This document shows, piece by piece, positions 28,186 to 40,419 of a stretch of DNA of 64,000 nucleotides. The number at the start of each line of letters is the position of its first letter. Within the stretch, counting starts at the first letter, position 1. The stretch comes from Octopus sinensis (Eukaryota). Below the pieces are notes generated by a model. It made no database searches. It saw nothing but the letters and a program-made list of their open reading frames with translations, and had not been told where the DNA came from. Where the stretch lies: NCBI RefSeq assembly GCF_006345805.1, contig NC_042999.1, positions 125,364,001 through 125,428,000 on the forward strand, given 5' to 3'. A program made the position numbers and the translations under genes.

Positions 28186-28284
28186 CTCATTATTTTCAGA
28201 AGATTCTACAGTTATCTGGGACATATCAAAATCAATATCTTCAAAATTAACTTCATTGCTTTCTTCAATATTTCCCCAATCAAT
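28186..28284 (-). CDS. CDK5RAP3: CDK5RAP3 coding exon 9
   Basis: IDWGNIEESNEVNFEDIDFDMSQITVESSENNE; 99 nt; tag/gtagg boundaries. Confidence 0.92.
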
Positions 28285-29520
28285 CTAAAATATGAGAAAT
28301 AAATCAAAGAATATTAAAACCCAGACAAATGTATAAATAAATATTCTCCCAGTTATCTACATTCAAGAAGGCCTGCAATGTATACATTGAATTCTCACTA
28401 GTTTAGTTTTGCTAACTGTAAATAGCTATAATATGAAGGGGTACAAAAAAGTTCCTGGGTTTGGGTAAAAAGAAAATACAGTTTCCTTCAACCAAATCCA
28501 CTCACAAGGCTTTGGTTGGTATGGCACTATAGCAGAAGGCACTTATGCAAGGTGCTAACAGTGGGAGTGAACATGAAACCATATGGTTGGGAAACAAGCT
28601 TCTAAACCACACAGCCACGTATGGTGTATGTGCACATGTGTGTGTGCGTGAATATATATGGGTGTATGGCTGAAAATTTTGCTCCTCAACCTACTGTAAT
28701 CCAGGACCAACCAAACCTTTATGAGTAGGTTTGGCGGACAGAAAATAAAAGAAGTTTAGAGAGAGTGTGAGAGTGAGTGAGAGAGAGAGAGAGTGAGTGA
28801 GTGTTACCTTGCCTTGACATTGCATGATAGTTGTAAATGAGTATTACTGTTATATTGTGCAAAAGCATGCCTAACTATGGGGCATAGGAAGATCTACCTC
28901 AATAAACTCCACCTGACCCTTGAAAGCACAGAAAAGTGGATGGTAAGAATCTTGGCCCCCTACCCCATAACTCCAGGTTCAGTCCCACTGCATGGCACCT
29001 TGGACAAGTGTCTTCTACTATAACCTCAGGCTAACCAAAGCCTTGGGAGTGGGTATAGCAGACAGAAACTGGAAGAAGCCTGTCACACACACATATATGT
29101 GTATTTAAAAAATTTCACAGAAACAACTAACAGAAAATTCGTAGCTAATTCCTCATCAGTCAACATCCAAAACATCCTTACAATTTCGCACCTTTAATGC
29201 GGATATTGTTCACTTTTGGTGGCGCCAGCAATAGAAAGTCACTGATAATAGCTAATGAACGTACAGGACAATGAAAAAGCAAACACGACAAAATAAAATA
29301 ATTGTTTGTGCGTGTGTGTGTCCTCCAATACCACTTGGCAACCTGTGTTGATGTGTTTATGCCCCTGTAACTTAGCAGTTTGGTTACATAGACTGATAGA
29401 ATAAGTACAAGGCTTAAAAAATAAGTATAGGGGGTTGATTCATTCAACTAAAAATTCTTCAAGGCAATGCCTCAGCATGGCTGCTGTCTAATGACCGAAA
29501 CAAACAAAAGATGAAAGATA

Positions 29521-29774
29521 AAAAAGAGTAAAGTGAAATTGCCATAAGGAATGGAAAATCCAATGTTTCAGACAGAGTCCTTCTTCAAGGGAAAAGTTGA
29601 AAGGAGAAAATAAGGGAGAAAAATAAAAGAGACAAAAGAGTTTTGTAACTTAGATTTTTAAAAAAACTCTGCTGACTCTCATTAATTTCTCTCCTTTCAA
29701 CTTTTTCTGAGGAAGGACCTTGCTCAAAACATTGGATCTCCCATTCCCCATGGCAACTATACTTTACTATTTTT
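29521..29774. repeat. Inverted repeat of a Penelope pLTR-like segment with degenerate hammerhead motifs
   Basis: Arms at about 29521-29613 and 29682-29774; minus arm reads cttgaagaa-ggac-tct-gtct-gaaacatt-gg, plus arm reads ctgagga-a-ggac-ctt-gctc-aaaacatt-gg. Confidence 0.7.
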
Positions 29775-30299
29775 ATTGATTTTACTAATTAATATGTCTT
29801 TTCAATGCAAAACAACAACACCAGCCTCTTTGGAATCTGTTTGATCAGTAGCTGTGTGGTAAGAAGCTTGCCTTCCAGCCACATGGTTCCAAGTTTAGTC
29901 CTACTGTGTGGCACTTTAGGCAAGTGTTTTCTACTATAGCCTCAGGCCAACCAAAGCTTTATGAGTGGATTTGGTAGACAGAAACTGAAAGATGCCCATT
30001 ATATATGCATATATATGTAAATAATTTAATGTGTTGTTTGTGTATGTGTCTGCCCCCCACTAACACTTGACAACCGGTGTCAGAGTGTTAATATTCCTGT
30101 AACTTAATGGTTTGGCAAAAGAGACTGCTAGAATAAGTACCAGGCTTTAAAAAAAAATTATAAAGTACTAGGGCTGATTCATTTGACTAAAATCCTTCAA
30201 GGCGATGCCCTAGCATGGCTGCATCTAATGACTGAAACAAATAAAAGAATATATATATATATATTCCAATTTACATGCGACAGACTTTAAATTATTTAC

Positions 30300-30462
30300 A
30301 CTATCATCTTGGGCACATTTGTCATTTTGTTCCTCAATGGTTAGCTGATGCTCATCTATTATAGTGATGGGTGGTTGACCTGTTCTCCATTCATACATAC
30401 TGCAGTTGCCTTTGTTGATGATAAACTTCACCATAGGTAGAGAATCTCCAGAGAAGTCATTT
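30300..30462 (-). CDS. CDK5RAP3: CDK5RAP3 coding exon 8
   Basis: NDFSGDSLPMVKFIINKGNCSMYEWRTGQPP.., similar to human LPMLRFVQKRGNSTVYEWRTG. Confidence 0.95.
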
Positions 30463-31566
30463 CTACAAAGAGAAAAGAAACAGCTGTACATTATGGTGCC
30501 AAAAAGAATTTGGAAGCCACTACCTTGTCACTTAAGTTACAATAAATAGCAACCAAATTATTCTCAAATCACATCTTATCACCTCAAAGGGAAGGACACA
30601 TTGGATATTGTAGTCTGAGATATACTATGTATGAAAAAAAGAGATGTGATCACAGCTGGAATGCATTTGATCATAAGTCTTACTAAGTTTCCATCTTCAT
30701 AATCCCTTACACAAAGTGGCTTCTCGCCTTGTTTAAGACTTTCATAATAAAAAAATAATCTGAGACTCAACAACAACATACAAAAATAAAGCCTTTTATA
30801 AAACATTTCACCGTTTGCTTCAAGGCAAGTGTTTTCTACTATAGCCTCAGGCCACTTGTATCTTTTTCGTGTGTCTAATATTAAAATAACCATTTAAAAA
30901 ATGTGTTTTTCTTATAAACCATAACTAGGCCTGGAGTATATTGATTTCGAATTTTGGCACAAGACCAGCAATTTCAGGGAGGGAGTAAGTCAATTGGATT
31001 GACTCCAGTGTTCAACTGGTATTTATTTTATTGACCCTGAAAAGCATGAAAGGCAAAGTCAACCTTGACAGAATCTGAATTCTGAACATAAAGATGGGTG
31101 AAAGGCTGTCAGTCTTACTCAAGCAAACCTATGACACTTTGGTAGTCAATCAATTTAATTAATTATATATGACCCACAAACCAGATATTTAATACTCAGG
31201 GCTGGCTGTGGATTATACTGTGCATTCCAATATACAGTATTGGTCATTGTTTAGCCCTGGTTAGGCTCCAATTGAGCAGGCCTAAAATCAAAGGTATTTC
31301 AGAAGTGACCATCCTGTCTGCTGCTTAGCAGAAATAATTAATCTATGACTATATTCATCCAATGCTGTCTGTGTTTTTAAGAATTAAAGTGTGGTTTGAG
31401 GGAGATTTGGTTGTACTTCTGATAGATTACATAGCCATGTAGTGGCTTCTTTGTTGATTGGCATTGTAGTGTAGCAGAGTCTTGTCTGTAAGAAGTTAAA
31501 TACAAATTAAGGGACATGAGAGGGTCATTAAAAACATTTCCCTATATGTTAGTTTAAATTACTGAC

Positions 31567-31703
31567 CTTTCAACAATGAAATCAATAAAATTCCCATAGT
31601 AGTCAACAACTGGGTTGAGTGATTTGACAGCATTTGTCAAATCACATAATAACTGTGGTAATTCTTTCGCCAATTCAAACAACTCCACCTTGATTTTATC
31701 ACC
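31567..31703 (-). CDS. CDK5RAP3: CDK5RAP3 coding exon 7
   Basis: GDKIKVELFELAKELPQLL..VVDYYGNFIDFIVE(R); cag/gtcagt boundaries. Confidence 0.92.
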
Positions 31704-32399
31704 CTGCAAGTAAAAAATTAGATATAACAATTAATACAGTTGGTGAGCTAAAGTAAAAATTAAACTGGTGGTAGTAATATTAATAGAGATGATGACAGTA
31801 ATGATCTTGGTGAAGTGGATGGTGATGGTGGTGGTAGTGAAGGAAATGGTGATAGTAATGGTTTTAGTAAAGTGGTGGTGGTAATATTGGTCTCAGTAAA
31901 GATGCTAATAGTGATAGTGATGGAGTTAGTGGTAGGGCTAAAACTAGTGGTGGTTAGTAATGGATTTGGTAAAGAATTGCAGTGATGGCGATGCTGTCAG
32001 TGCAATTGATGGAAGTGGTTTTAATAAAGATGAAAGCAGGAGTGTTAATGTTGCTAAGCAGTTCCAAGTCAACTTTAATAGAGTAGTCCTATGGTAACAC
32101 AGGTAGACAGCTCAGCAATGAGATATGATACATAGATCCACTAACCAACAGAGGCCTTAGATATAGATGTTTGCTACTCTTAAAATACACAGGCACCCCA
32201 TCTGTTACAACGATGAGTGGTCCAGTTGATCCAATCAACAGAACAGCCTGCTCATGAAATTAACATGCAAGTGGCTGAGCACTCTACAGATATGTGTACC
32301 CTTAATGTAATTCTCAGGGAGAATGATGCTACCTTACTGACCAAGCAGGTAGGCCAACATTCTACTTGGATGCCTAAACCATCCTCCACAGACCAACAA

Positions 32400-33095
32400 G
32401 ACTGGCAAGAGAGTTTGTTTGTGGGAGATGTGAGAAAGGAACTGGAGGGCTGGCGAAGTCAGTGGAAACACTATGCGACAAGGTAGAGACTGTGAGAGGG
32501 TTTTGTTATTTGGGAGAAAGGGAAGGTGTAAGTGGTGGATGTGAAGCAGCTGTGACAGCAAGAGCGAGACTTGGCTGGGTGAAGTTCAGGGAATGTGGAG
32601 CGTTGTTATATGGGAAAAGGTTCTCATTGAAGTTGAAAGGAAAGGTCTGTAGGAGTTGTGTGAGAGCTGCAATGCTGTATGGGAGTGAAAAATGGTGTTT
32701 GAGAGAGAGAGAGATGGCAATTTTGAGAAGGACTGAGAGAGTAATGGTGAGAGAAATGTGTGGCGTGAGGCTGTTTGATAAGAGGAGGACTGAGGACTTG
32801 ATGAGGATGCTGGGGTTGAAGGAATCAGTAGAATGGCTGACAAAGGTGAATGGAGTGCAGTTGTATGAGCATGTGTTGAGGAGGGATGAGGAGCATGTTC
32901 TGAAGAGGGTGCTTGAGTTTGGGGTGAATGGACAGCGAAAGCAGAGGCGATTGGTAGGGTTAAGGGAGGATACCCAAAACCGGGCAAGATGGCGAGGGTG
33001 ATTGCGATGGCATTGAGGTAGATCTGCCCCCCCTTCCCCCGTTAATGGAGACAAAACCCAGATTCAAAAGGTGGTGGAGGAGGAGGAGGAGGAGG
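32400..33095 (+). mobile_element. 5'-truncated RTE-clade LINE inserted into a SINE
   Basis: ORF 32462-33001: FCYLG..ARARLGWVKFRE..KGKVCRSCVRAAMLYGSEKW..YEHVLRR; (GAG)n tail. Confidence 0.88.
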
Positions 33096-33608
33096 ATCCA
33101 GTATGACACGGAATGTGACAAGGCTGGTCTTAAAGTGTCTTGCTCTAGGAGACAATGCACTGCCTGGAATCAAGTTCACACCTTTATGATCATGAGCTAA
33201 ATGCCCTAACCAGTAAACCATGTGCCTTCACTACTCTTAAAATAAATATGTATTTATATCACTGTATCACTGTACTGACCACATTGCTAGATGGTATTAT
33301 ACTTCATTGGTCACAATACACTTCCTCGCATTGTTGTAGTTTTTGAATGATGCTACCTTACTGGCCAAGTAGATAGGCCAACATTCTAACTGGATGCCTA
33401 AACCATCCTCCACAGACCAACAACTTTTTAAATGACTGAAAATATTTAGTCTTTCAATGTCACTTTTTATTCTGTCACACAAACAGTTCCAAACTACAAA
33501 ACCTCTTGTTGCTTTGAAGATTTGAGAAATAATAGGAAGATTTGATATAAACATAAAACAATTATATTTAATACAAAAAAGAAATGTAAAATAAAATATA
33601 AATCTTAC

Positions 33609-33698
33609 TTTGATACCATACTTTTTGCAACTATTCTGGTATTTGTGTTTATAATCTGCAGCTTTGCTAGTGTTGTCTGATTCCTTTTTAAAACAATC
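33609..33698 (-). CDS. CDK5RAP3: CDK5RAP3 coding exon 6
   Basis: DCFKKESDNTSKAADYKHKYQNSCKKYGIK; 90 nt; tag/gtaag boundaries. Confidence 0.92.
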
Positions 33699-35476
33699 CT
33701 ATTAAACGAAAGAAATTGTAAACAGTACAGATAATTTTCCCATCAGTTATTTCAATTATATCAACATATAAAACAAATATAATGTTATATCATAGCTTTT
33801 GAAGATGAGACCAGGTCAAAATATCAGACTCCAATGCTTCTCATTTCAAAGAAGTTTATTGCATTTTACAAATATTTGATATTGCACTATGAAAAAAAAT
33901 TGGTATAAAAATAATTAAACATTTCATTCATCCATATACACACACATGTATGAGTGTATGTACATATGTATGTATATATGTATGTACATACATATGTATG
34001 TATATCACTGTATATACATAAATACAGTGCACCATTGTGTCGACCAGTCTATCAAATGATGTAATACACTGCTGGTCTGGGAATTGAAACCACTATCTTA
34101 CAATTGTAAGTGCAACATCCTAATCACTAAGCTACACACATATACATATTGGAATAATTGGAATTCTTTTGTGAGAGACAGACCATAGCCAATTGAATTC
34201 CCACCCAATATGTTGTTACAAGTCTCTCAGCTCACTAATGGAATAAAAGGCCAAGTCAATACAAGCAGGATTTGAACTTGGAAAAAAGAGTAAAGTCCAG
34301 TCATTTACATAAGACATGAAAAGTTAAGATAACAGGCCTACAAACTCATGAGTCATGGACTTAGACATGCTGCAGGCATATTATAGAGTTTGTGGGTAAA
34401 GAAAAAGAGTTAAGTGAATTGAAGAAGATGCATGTTGTGAATATAAAGCCACAAATCATGGCTTGGTAGCCTGAAATTCTATCCTTTCAAGCAATAAGGA
34501 TTTTCTTTATTTTATGAAATAATTTAACGATTTAGTATTCAGATTCCTCTCCTTCGCTTCATCATCATCATCATTTAATATCTGTTTTCCATGCTGGCAT
34601 GGGTTGGATGGTTTGCCTGGAGCTTGTAAGGCCAGGAACTGCACCAGGCTCTATTGTCTGTTCTCACATGGTTGCTACAGCTAGATGCCCTTCCTAATAC
34701 CAACCACTCCATAGTGTATTGGGTGCTTTTTATATGGCACCAACACATGTGCTTTTAATGTAACACATGTGCTTTTAATGTAACACCAGTGCTTTTAATG
34801 TGCCACCAGTGCTTTTAATGTGGCACCAGCTCCAGTATCAATTCTGCTGTGGCAGATGGGTTTACTTATACAGCAAGGCACCAGTTAACTCAGCCCTCTG
34901 GCATCACCTTTGTATGGCTCAGTGGCTTGAGATAGGTCTTCAATACTTTGTCCCATGTCTTCCTGGATCTCCCTCTTCCACAAGTTTCATCCACTTTAAA
35001 GAATGTTTATTTCTTCATATTGTTTGGAATTAATCATACAAAATTTCATAGACATGATTGTTTATTTCTAGAATGACATTGTAAAGTAGGCGTGAGAGGC
35101 CAAATTGGGCCAGTATGAACATAAAACAGGTAGAAAATTTGGGCCAGATATGGCCAGTTTACATGCTAATGGGTCAAAAAATAAATTAAAAACTTTTAAA
35201 ATAATAACTATAACAATTATTTCTAATTTTTGCACAAGGCCAGCAATTTTGAGGAGAGAGTGTTAGTTGATGCAATCAACCCTAGTGTTTGACTGGTACT
35301 TTATTTTATCAACCCTGAAAGGATGAAAAGCAAAAAATTGCTTTTAGTGGGATTTGAACACAGAATATAAAGATCCAGAAGAAATGCAACTAAGCATTTT
35401 GGCCAACACGCTAATGATTCTGCCAGCTCACCATAATATTATTGATAATTAGAGAGGTAATAGATAAATGGATAAC

Positions 35477-35565
35477 CTTTTCAATCTGTTGACATCTGGC
35501 AATTTGACGTTTCAAATCTGGAATTTCATAATTTACATTTCTGGACATGATTTGGCCTGATTCAG
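35477..35565 (-). CDS. CDK5RAP3: CDK5RAP3 coding exon 5
   Basis: ESGQIMSRNVNYEIPDLKRQIARCQQIEK, similar to human RNVNYEIPSLKKQIAKCQQ. Confidence 0.95.
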
Positions 35566-35836
35566 CTGGTTAAATATTAAAAAAAAAAAGAATATAGTAT
35601 CAATTATCAACATAAGCAAATAAATTGCTTATAAAATCAACAATTATTAATTTTAAGGAACTGAAAGTTTTTGTTTCTATTTTTCATTTTAAAAATTACA
35701 AAATACTGAAAAGGTTTGTTTTTAATCAAAAGATTTAAGAAAGATAAAGCATAAATTATGCAAATAAGATAATTATCATCACCTTTTAATGTTGTTTTCC
35801 AGGCCAGCATGGGTTGGACATAATGAAAACACACTA

Positions 35837-35910
35837 CATCCCTGGGTGGGCTTGAACCACCAACCTTTCAGCTAGCAGCTCCACATGCTAACTGACTGCA
35901 CTACGGAGCT
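35837..35910 (-). pseudogene. tRNA-Asn(GTT)-derived pseudogene (anticodon position now GCT)
   Basis: 74 nt colinear with eukaryotic tRNA-Asn, including GAAAGGTTGGTGGTTCAAGCCCACCCAGGGA; many differences are CG>TG/CA and the acceptor stem is broken. Confidence 0.8.
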
Positions 35911-36064
35911 ACATTCTAACAATGATTTAGCAAACTTTCTATGAAGTCAGTACAATTTCTATAAAAATAGTATCCTGCAAGAATCCTTGAATTTGAGACA
36001 TTATTAAAAATTTTATGAAACACAAAAATATTAATAAATAGCGAGGTGTTACTGTTCAACTTAC

Positions 36065-36113
36065 CTAAATATAAGTTATTCTTTTCATATAAATTTAAAA
36101 TTTCTGACCATGC
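36065..36113 (-). CDS. CDK5RAP3: CDK5RAP3 coding exon 4
   Basis: AWSEILNLYEKNNLYL, similar to human DWQEIIALYEKDNTYL. Confidence 0.93.
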
Positions 36114-37621
36114 CTAAAAGCAAAATAAATAATAATAGTAACTTCTCAGATTGAGACAGGTTACACATAGAGAAAAGTATAGACAATTGAAAGAGTCACA
36201 GTATGAAGCTGATAGCTATTTTAACATAACTGGAGGGATGAAAGGCAAAAACAAACTATTGCAATGTAACAGTAATAACAAAAAAACAAAGAAGAGAAAA
36301 TCAGGCAACATATTTGCTCAACCTGCTAGAAATTGCAGTCAAATTTCCCTTAACTCATACCCTTTCTCCTTAAGGAAAGGGAAAGGCATACAAAATAATG
36401 TACTTCTATATGCCTTTAAAAAAACAGGCTGATCACTGCTGGACGCATGTTATTTAAGGTTAAATAACAAGAACAATAATATTAACAGTGATCAAAGTAT
36501 AAATGTCTTTTTTTTTTTTAAAGGTTCAAATCCCACCAGAATCAAGTTTGACTTTAATGCCTTTAGAAATCAATAAAAATAAGTGTTAATGATATATTGG
36601 ATTTAGTTTCGTGGTGGGATATAAACCACAAGTTTCATTTAAAAAATCACAAAAAAATGCTCCATAAAGTGGCAGCAAGAAAATGAGATTGTCATGACTT
36701 AAATACCTTTAGTCATAAGGCTGACCTAAACAACAATAACTGCAACAACATAATAAAGTGACAACACAATAACAATAAGTATTTCTAATATTAGTTTCAA
36801 ATTCTTGGCACAAGGCCAGCTATTTCGGGGAGGGGCTAAGTCAATTTCAACAACCACAGTGATCAACTGGTACTTATTTTATTGTCCCTAAAAGGATGAA
36901 AAGCAAGTCACTCTCAGAACATAAAGATAGACGAAATACCAAAAAGCATTTCGCCCAGCATGCTAACGATTCTGCGAGCTGGCTGCCTTTCAAGTGTTTC
37001 TAATATTGATACAAGATCACAAATTTGTAGAGAGAGAGCAACTATATAATTGACTTTTGTGGTAAAAAGTTTGCTTCCCAGCCACATTGGTTATGTGTTC
37101 AGTCCCACTGTGTGACACCAAGAGAAAGTGTCTTCTTTTAAAGCCCAAGGCCAACCAAAGCCTTGTGAGTGGATTTAGTAGATAGAAACTGAAAGAAGCC
37201 CATTGCATGCAGATGCACATGCATGCACGTGTGTGTGTGTGTTTTACTATCCCTTTGCCTTAACAGCAAGGCAAGTGGTATCTGTCATTACCAAACTTCC
37301 ATGAAAACATGTCTGGTGACAGGGAAATACTACCTTGGGAACAGGTGGGGGTTGGTAACACGAAAAACATCCCGCTGTAGAAAATCCACCTCTACAAATT
37401 CTGTCTGATCCAAACAAGTATGGAAAAGTGGATGCTAAAACAACAACAATGATGATGATGATGATGATCCTGAAGAAAATTAAATGTGTAAGTCAACAAT
37501 GTTGGGATTTCAACACAGAACATAACTAAATACAGTATGGTACTAAGTTCACTTCACTAGCAATTCTGCTTTCTGTCATCTTTAAAACAACACTATCAAA
37601 ATGAAATTTTTTAAAAATCAC

Positions 37622-37725
37622 CTTAGTTAATTCATTTGAATATTGTCCTAGGATGTTCTTCTTTCCTGACTCTGAGTCTTGAGACAATAATGACATTATT
37701 TCCTTCACATGGAAGTAAGTGATTT
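37622..37725 (-). CDS. CDK5RAP3: CDK5RAP3 coding exon 3
   Basis: ITYFHVKEIMSLLSQDSESGKKNILGQYSNELTK, similar to human IHYFHC..KNIFGRYSS; AAG acceptor. Confidence 0.9.
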
Positions 37726-37858
37726 CTTGTAATATTACAAATGTCACCAAGAAAGAAATAAAGAGAAAAAACATTTAATATATAATTGATCCTGATTAAA
37801 CATTTATGAAAGAAATTAATTTCCTGGAATATTACTTCAATGAAAATTATCGTGATTA

Positions 37859-38340
37859 TTAGGTCATTAAGAATAAAATGTCCAATTTTCTTATGCACCA
37901 AGTTGATGGTTCTTTGTTTTACAACATTGAAGAGTTACATCATCACTCTTCAAAATGCAGTTCATGGTATCTGATTATATTGTGAGTTTTCTCTTGTAAA
38001 ATCAATTTTTGTGAACCCATAGATAGATTAAAAATTCATGTTGTTTATGAATCTGAGTTCCATCATAGAATCAATGCATCCCAGACAGCTTGAAACATCA
38101 ATGAGGTGTTTCGTGAAGATGTGGTGAATGAGCGCACTGTACATCAATGGTTTGAGAAGTTCCAGTCTGGTGACTTCACTCTTGAAAATCATGCCCATGG
38201 TAGACCTGAGACCAAGGTGGATAATGATGAGCTGGAAACTGTAGTGGAAGTGGATACATTTCAAACTACATGTGAGTTAGCAGCAAAGTTTGATGTTTTG
38301 ATTCCAACTGTATTGGACCATCCAAAACAAATCAGCTGAG
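37859..38340 (+). mobile_element. 5' fragment of a mariner transposon inside CDK5RAP3 intron 2
   Basis: TA plus ttaggtc.. TIR-like start; VNERTVHQWFEKFQSGDFTLENHAHGRP (HTH and GRP linker). Confidence 0.85.
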
Positions 38341-38444
38341 TGTTCAATTTAACCCGAACAGCCTGCACATTTTGACCCTAAACATTTATGAGCTTTTAGC
38401 ACTCAAAAAAATAAAAATTCCAAAACAATATGAAATTTACTTAC

Positions 38445-38576
38445 TTGAATTTTTCATAATGTCAACAACTTCGTTAACATCTGGCAAAGTCTTAAGTGCT
38501 TGGTTAATCTTGTCTCGAACTACCAAAGCTGATGCTGGCCAGTTCTGCTGACAATGTCTTCGGTTTATCAACCAAT
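38445..38576 (-). CDS. CDK5RAP3: CDK5RAP3 coding exon 2
   Basis: WLINRRHCQQNWPASALVVRDKINQAL.., similar to human WLVDRRHC..W..IREKINAA. Confidence 0.95.
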
Positions 38577-39611
38577 CTACAAATAACAAAAAAATTCAAT
38601 GAACTGGATGTAGAGTAATATATATATTGAAGAATGCGTGGATGATGCCTTACACAAGAATGTTACAGCATTTCCCTTTCCACACTAGCACGGGCAAGAA
38701 AAGACTTCTTAACCCTTTAGCATTTAAACTTATCAGGTCTAACCTCTCACACCAACCCTACAATATCATTCTAAAAATTAACAGTTATCTCATCATAATC
38801 TCAAAGCTATAAGATAATGCATGATTAATTCAAAATAATGTGAATAAATAAGCATTACTTTTGACAGAATAAATGTGAATGCTAAAGGGTTAATTTAGTA
38901 TTCTTCCAGCTGATGCCAACACTTAGTTGTTTTCAGGTAAGGTACTTTACTCCACTAGGTTCTTGCATGTCAAACTGCCAAGCTGCAAAACAGATTGTTT
39001 ATGTAGAACATAAACAAACATCACTGTTACCCAAGTGATGTAAATGTAAAAACATATGGAGACACACATCATGCATCATTTAACATTCATTTTTCCATGC
39101 TTGCATGAATCAGATGGAATTTGTCAAGGCAGATATTTTATGGCTAGATTCCCTTTCTGTCACCAATGTGTGTGTGTGGGTGGGGGGAGGCAACTGAAAT
39201 AAGAGTTTTGACATTCATATTTACTGAATATTATTAGGTAAATAGAAATAGCTTAAAAGTGAATTCTAAAACATTTCAACCCTATTTAATCCCTAAATTC
39301 ATGCCCAGCCCCTTAAAATACCTAGATGTATCAACGCTTAAGGGGTTGGATAGAGGGAACCTATGACCTTTTCAAATACTTCCAAATTTGTGTTGATGAT
39401 GTTCAGTTTGAACTTCTTTGGGTTGATATCTGTAAGAAAAGAATAAGGGCAGCGGAAGACTTCAAGAGACTATATATAATCTTCTTGTTGATGAAGTCTG
39501 ACTTTAAAAGTTGCAGGGAGGATGACAAGAGTTTCATAAACATCTTTCTAAAATGAAAACTTCATAACAATAGCACAAAGGAAGTCAGTTAAAAGGTAAT
39601 TTTTCTCATAC

Positions 39612-39672
39612 CTGTAAGTTTGTTATAATGTATGTCAATTGGAAGGTTTTCATAATTAACTTCGTGAGCCAT
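39612..39672 (-). CDS. CDK5RAP3: CDK5RAP3 first coding exon (exon extends to an acceptor at 39693, implying an upstream 5'UTR exon)
   Basis: ACACCATGG Kozak context with an in-frame upstream TGA; MAHEVNYENLPIDIHYNKLT(D), similar to human VPIDIQTSKLLD; gtatga donor. Confidence 0.92.
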
Positions 39673-40143
39673 GGTGTCAACTCTTCAAAAAGACTATAAT
39701 TAAATAGAAAAACAAATAAATTAAAAATAAAATAAAGACAAATAAATAAAAATGAATAAAAAAAATATTCAATTGAAAATTTCAAAACCAGCAAATTCAC
39801 AAAACAGAAGGAACTAATTATGATATAACAATCCAACTCTTAGAAATTGAAAACATAATTCAGCTCTTTCATAACCAAATATTTAATTTCTTACACTGTT
39901 TAGGTATTTTAATAAATTTTGAAACTATTCAGGAATTTTGAGGTATTTACATGTTTTAGTAAAATAACCATCATATGGTCTGGTAACAAAATATGATAAA
40001 TGTTTTTATTTTTCATTCTCTTCAAAATTACCCTTAACTGTGGTTTGGATTTTGACTGGTCCTTCTAGCATGCTAGGTGTCCTGTCAAGGCACCTTTTAT
40101 GTGTTTAAATGTACACTAATTTTATATGCATGTATATATATAA

Positions 40144-40176
<33 letters not shown>

Positions 40177-40342
40177 GTGTGTATATTGGCAGGGCAAGAC
40201 TGCTAGGTAGTTGGCCGTATGCTAGAAATAGATCATCAACGATCAAACTACAAAGAAAGTTCTCTAGAGGAAAAATTCAGCGAACACCAGAACCAAATTT
40301 GGCGGGCAGGACAGATGAAAATTTATATAAAAAACAGAATTA

Positions 40343-40419
40343 ATTGCATACCTCGGTTTCGGCCTTTAACAAAAGAATTACTTACATAATTCAAATGTCC
40401 GTGGCTTCATCAGTGCAAT
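40343..40419 (-). ncRNA. Type I hammerhead ribozyme motif (Penelope type)
   Basis: AUUGCA-CUGAUGA-AGCC..GGCC-GAAACC-GA-GGUA-UGCAAU; 6-bp stem I, extended stem II with a GUAA tetraloop, GUA cleavage triplet. Confidence 0.75.

Noticed and set aside
32506-33054. 182-aa and 133-aa minus-strand ORFs
   Set aside because: Antisense shadows of the RTE fragment
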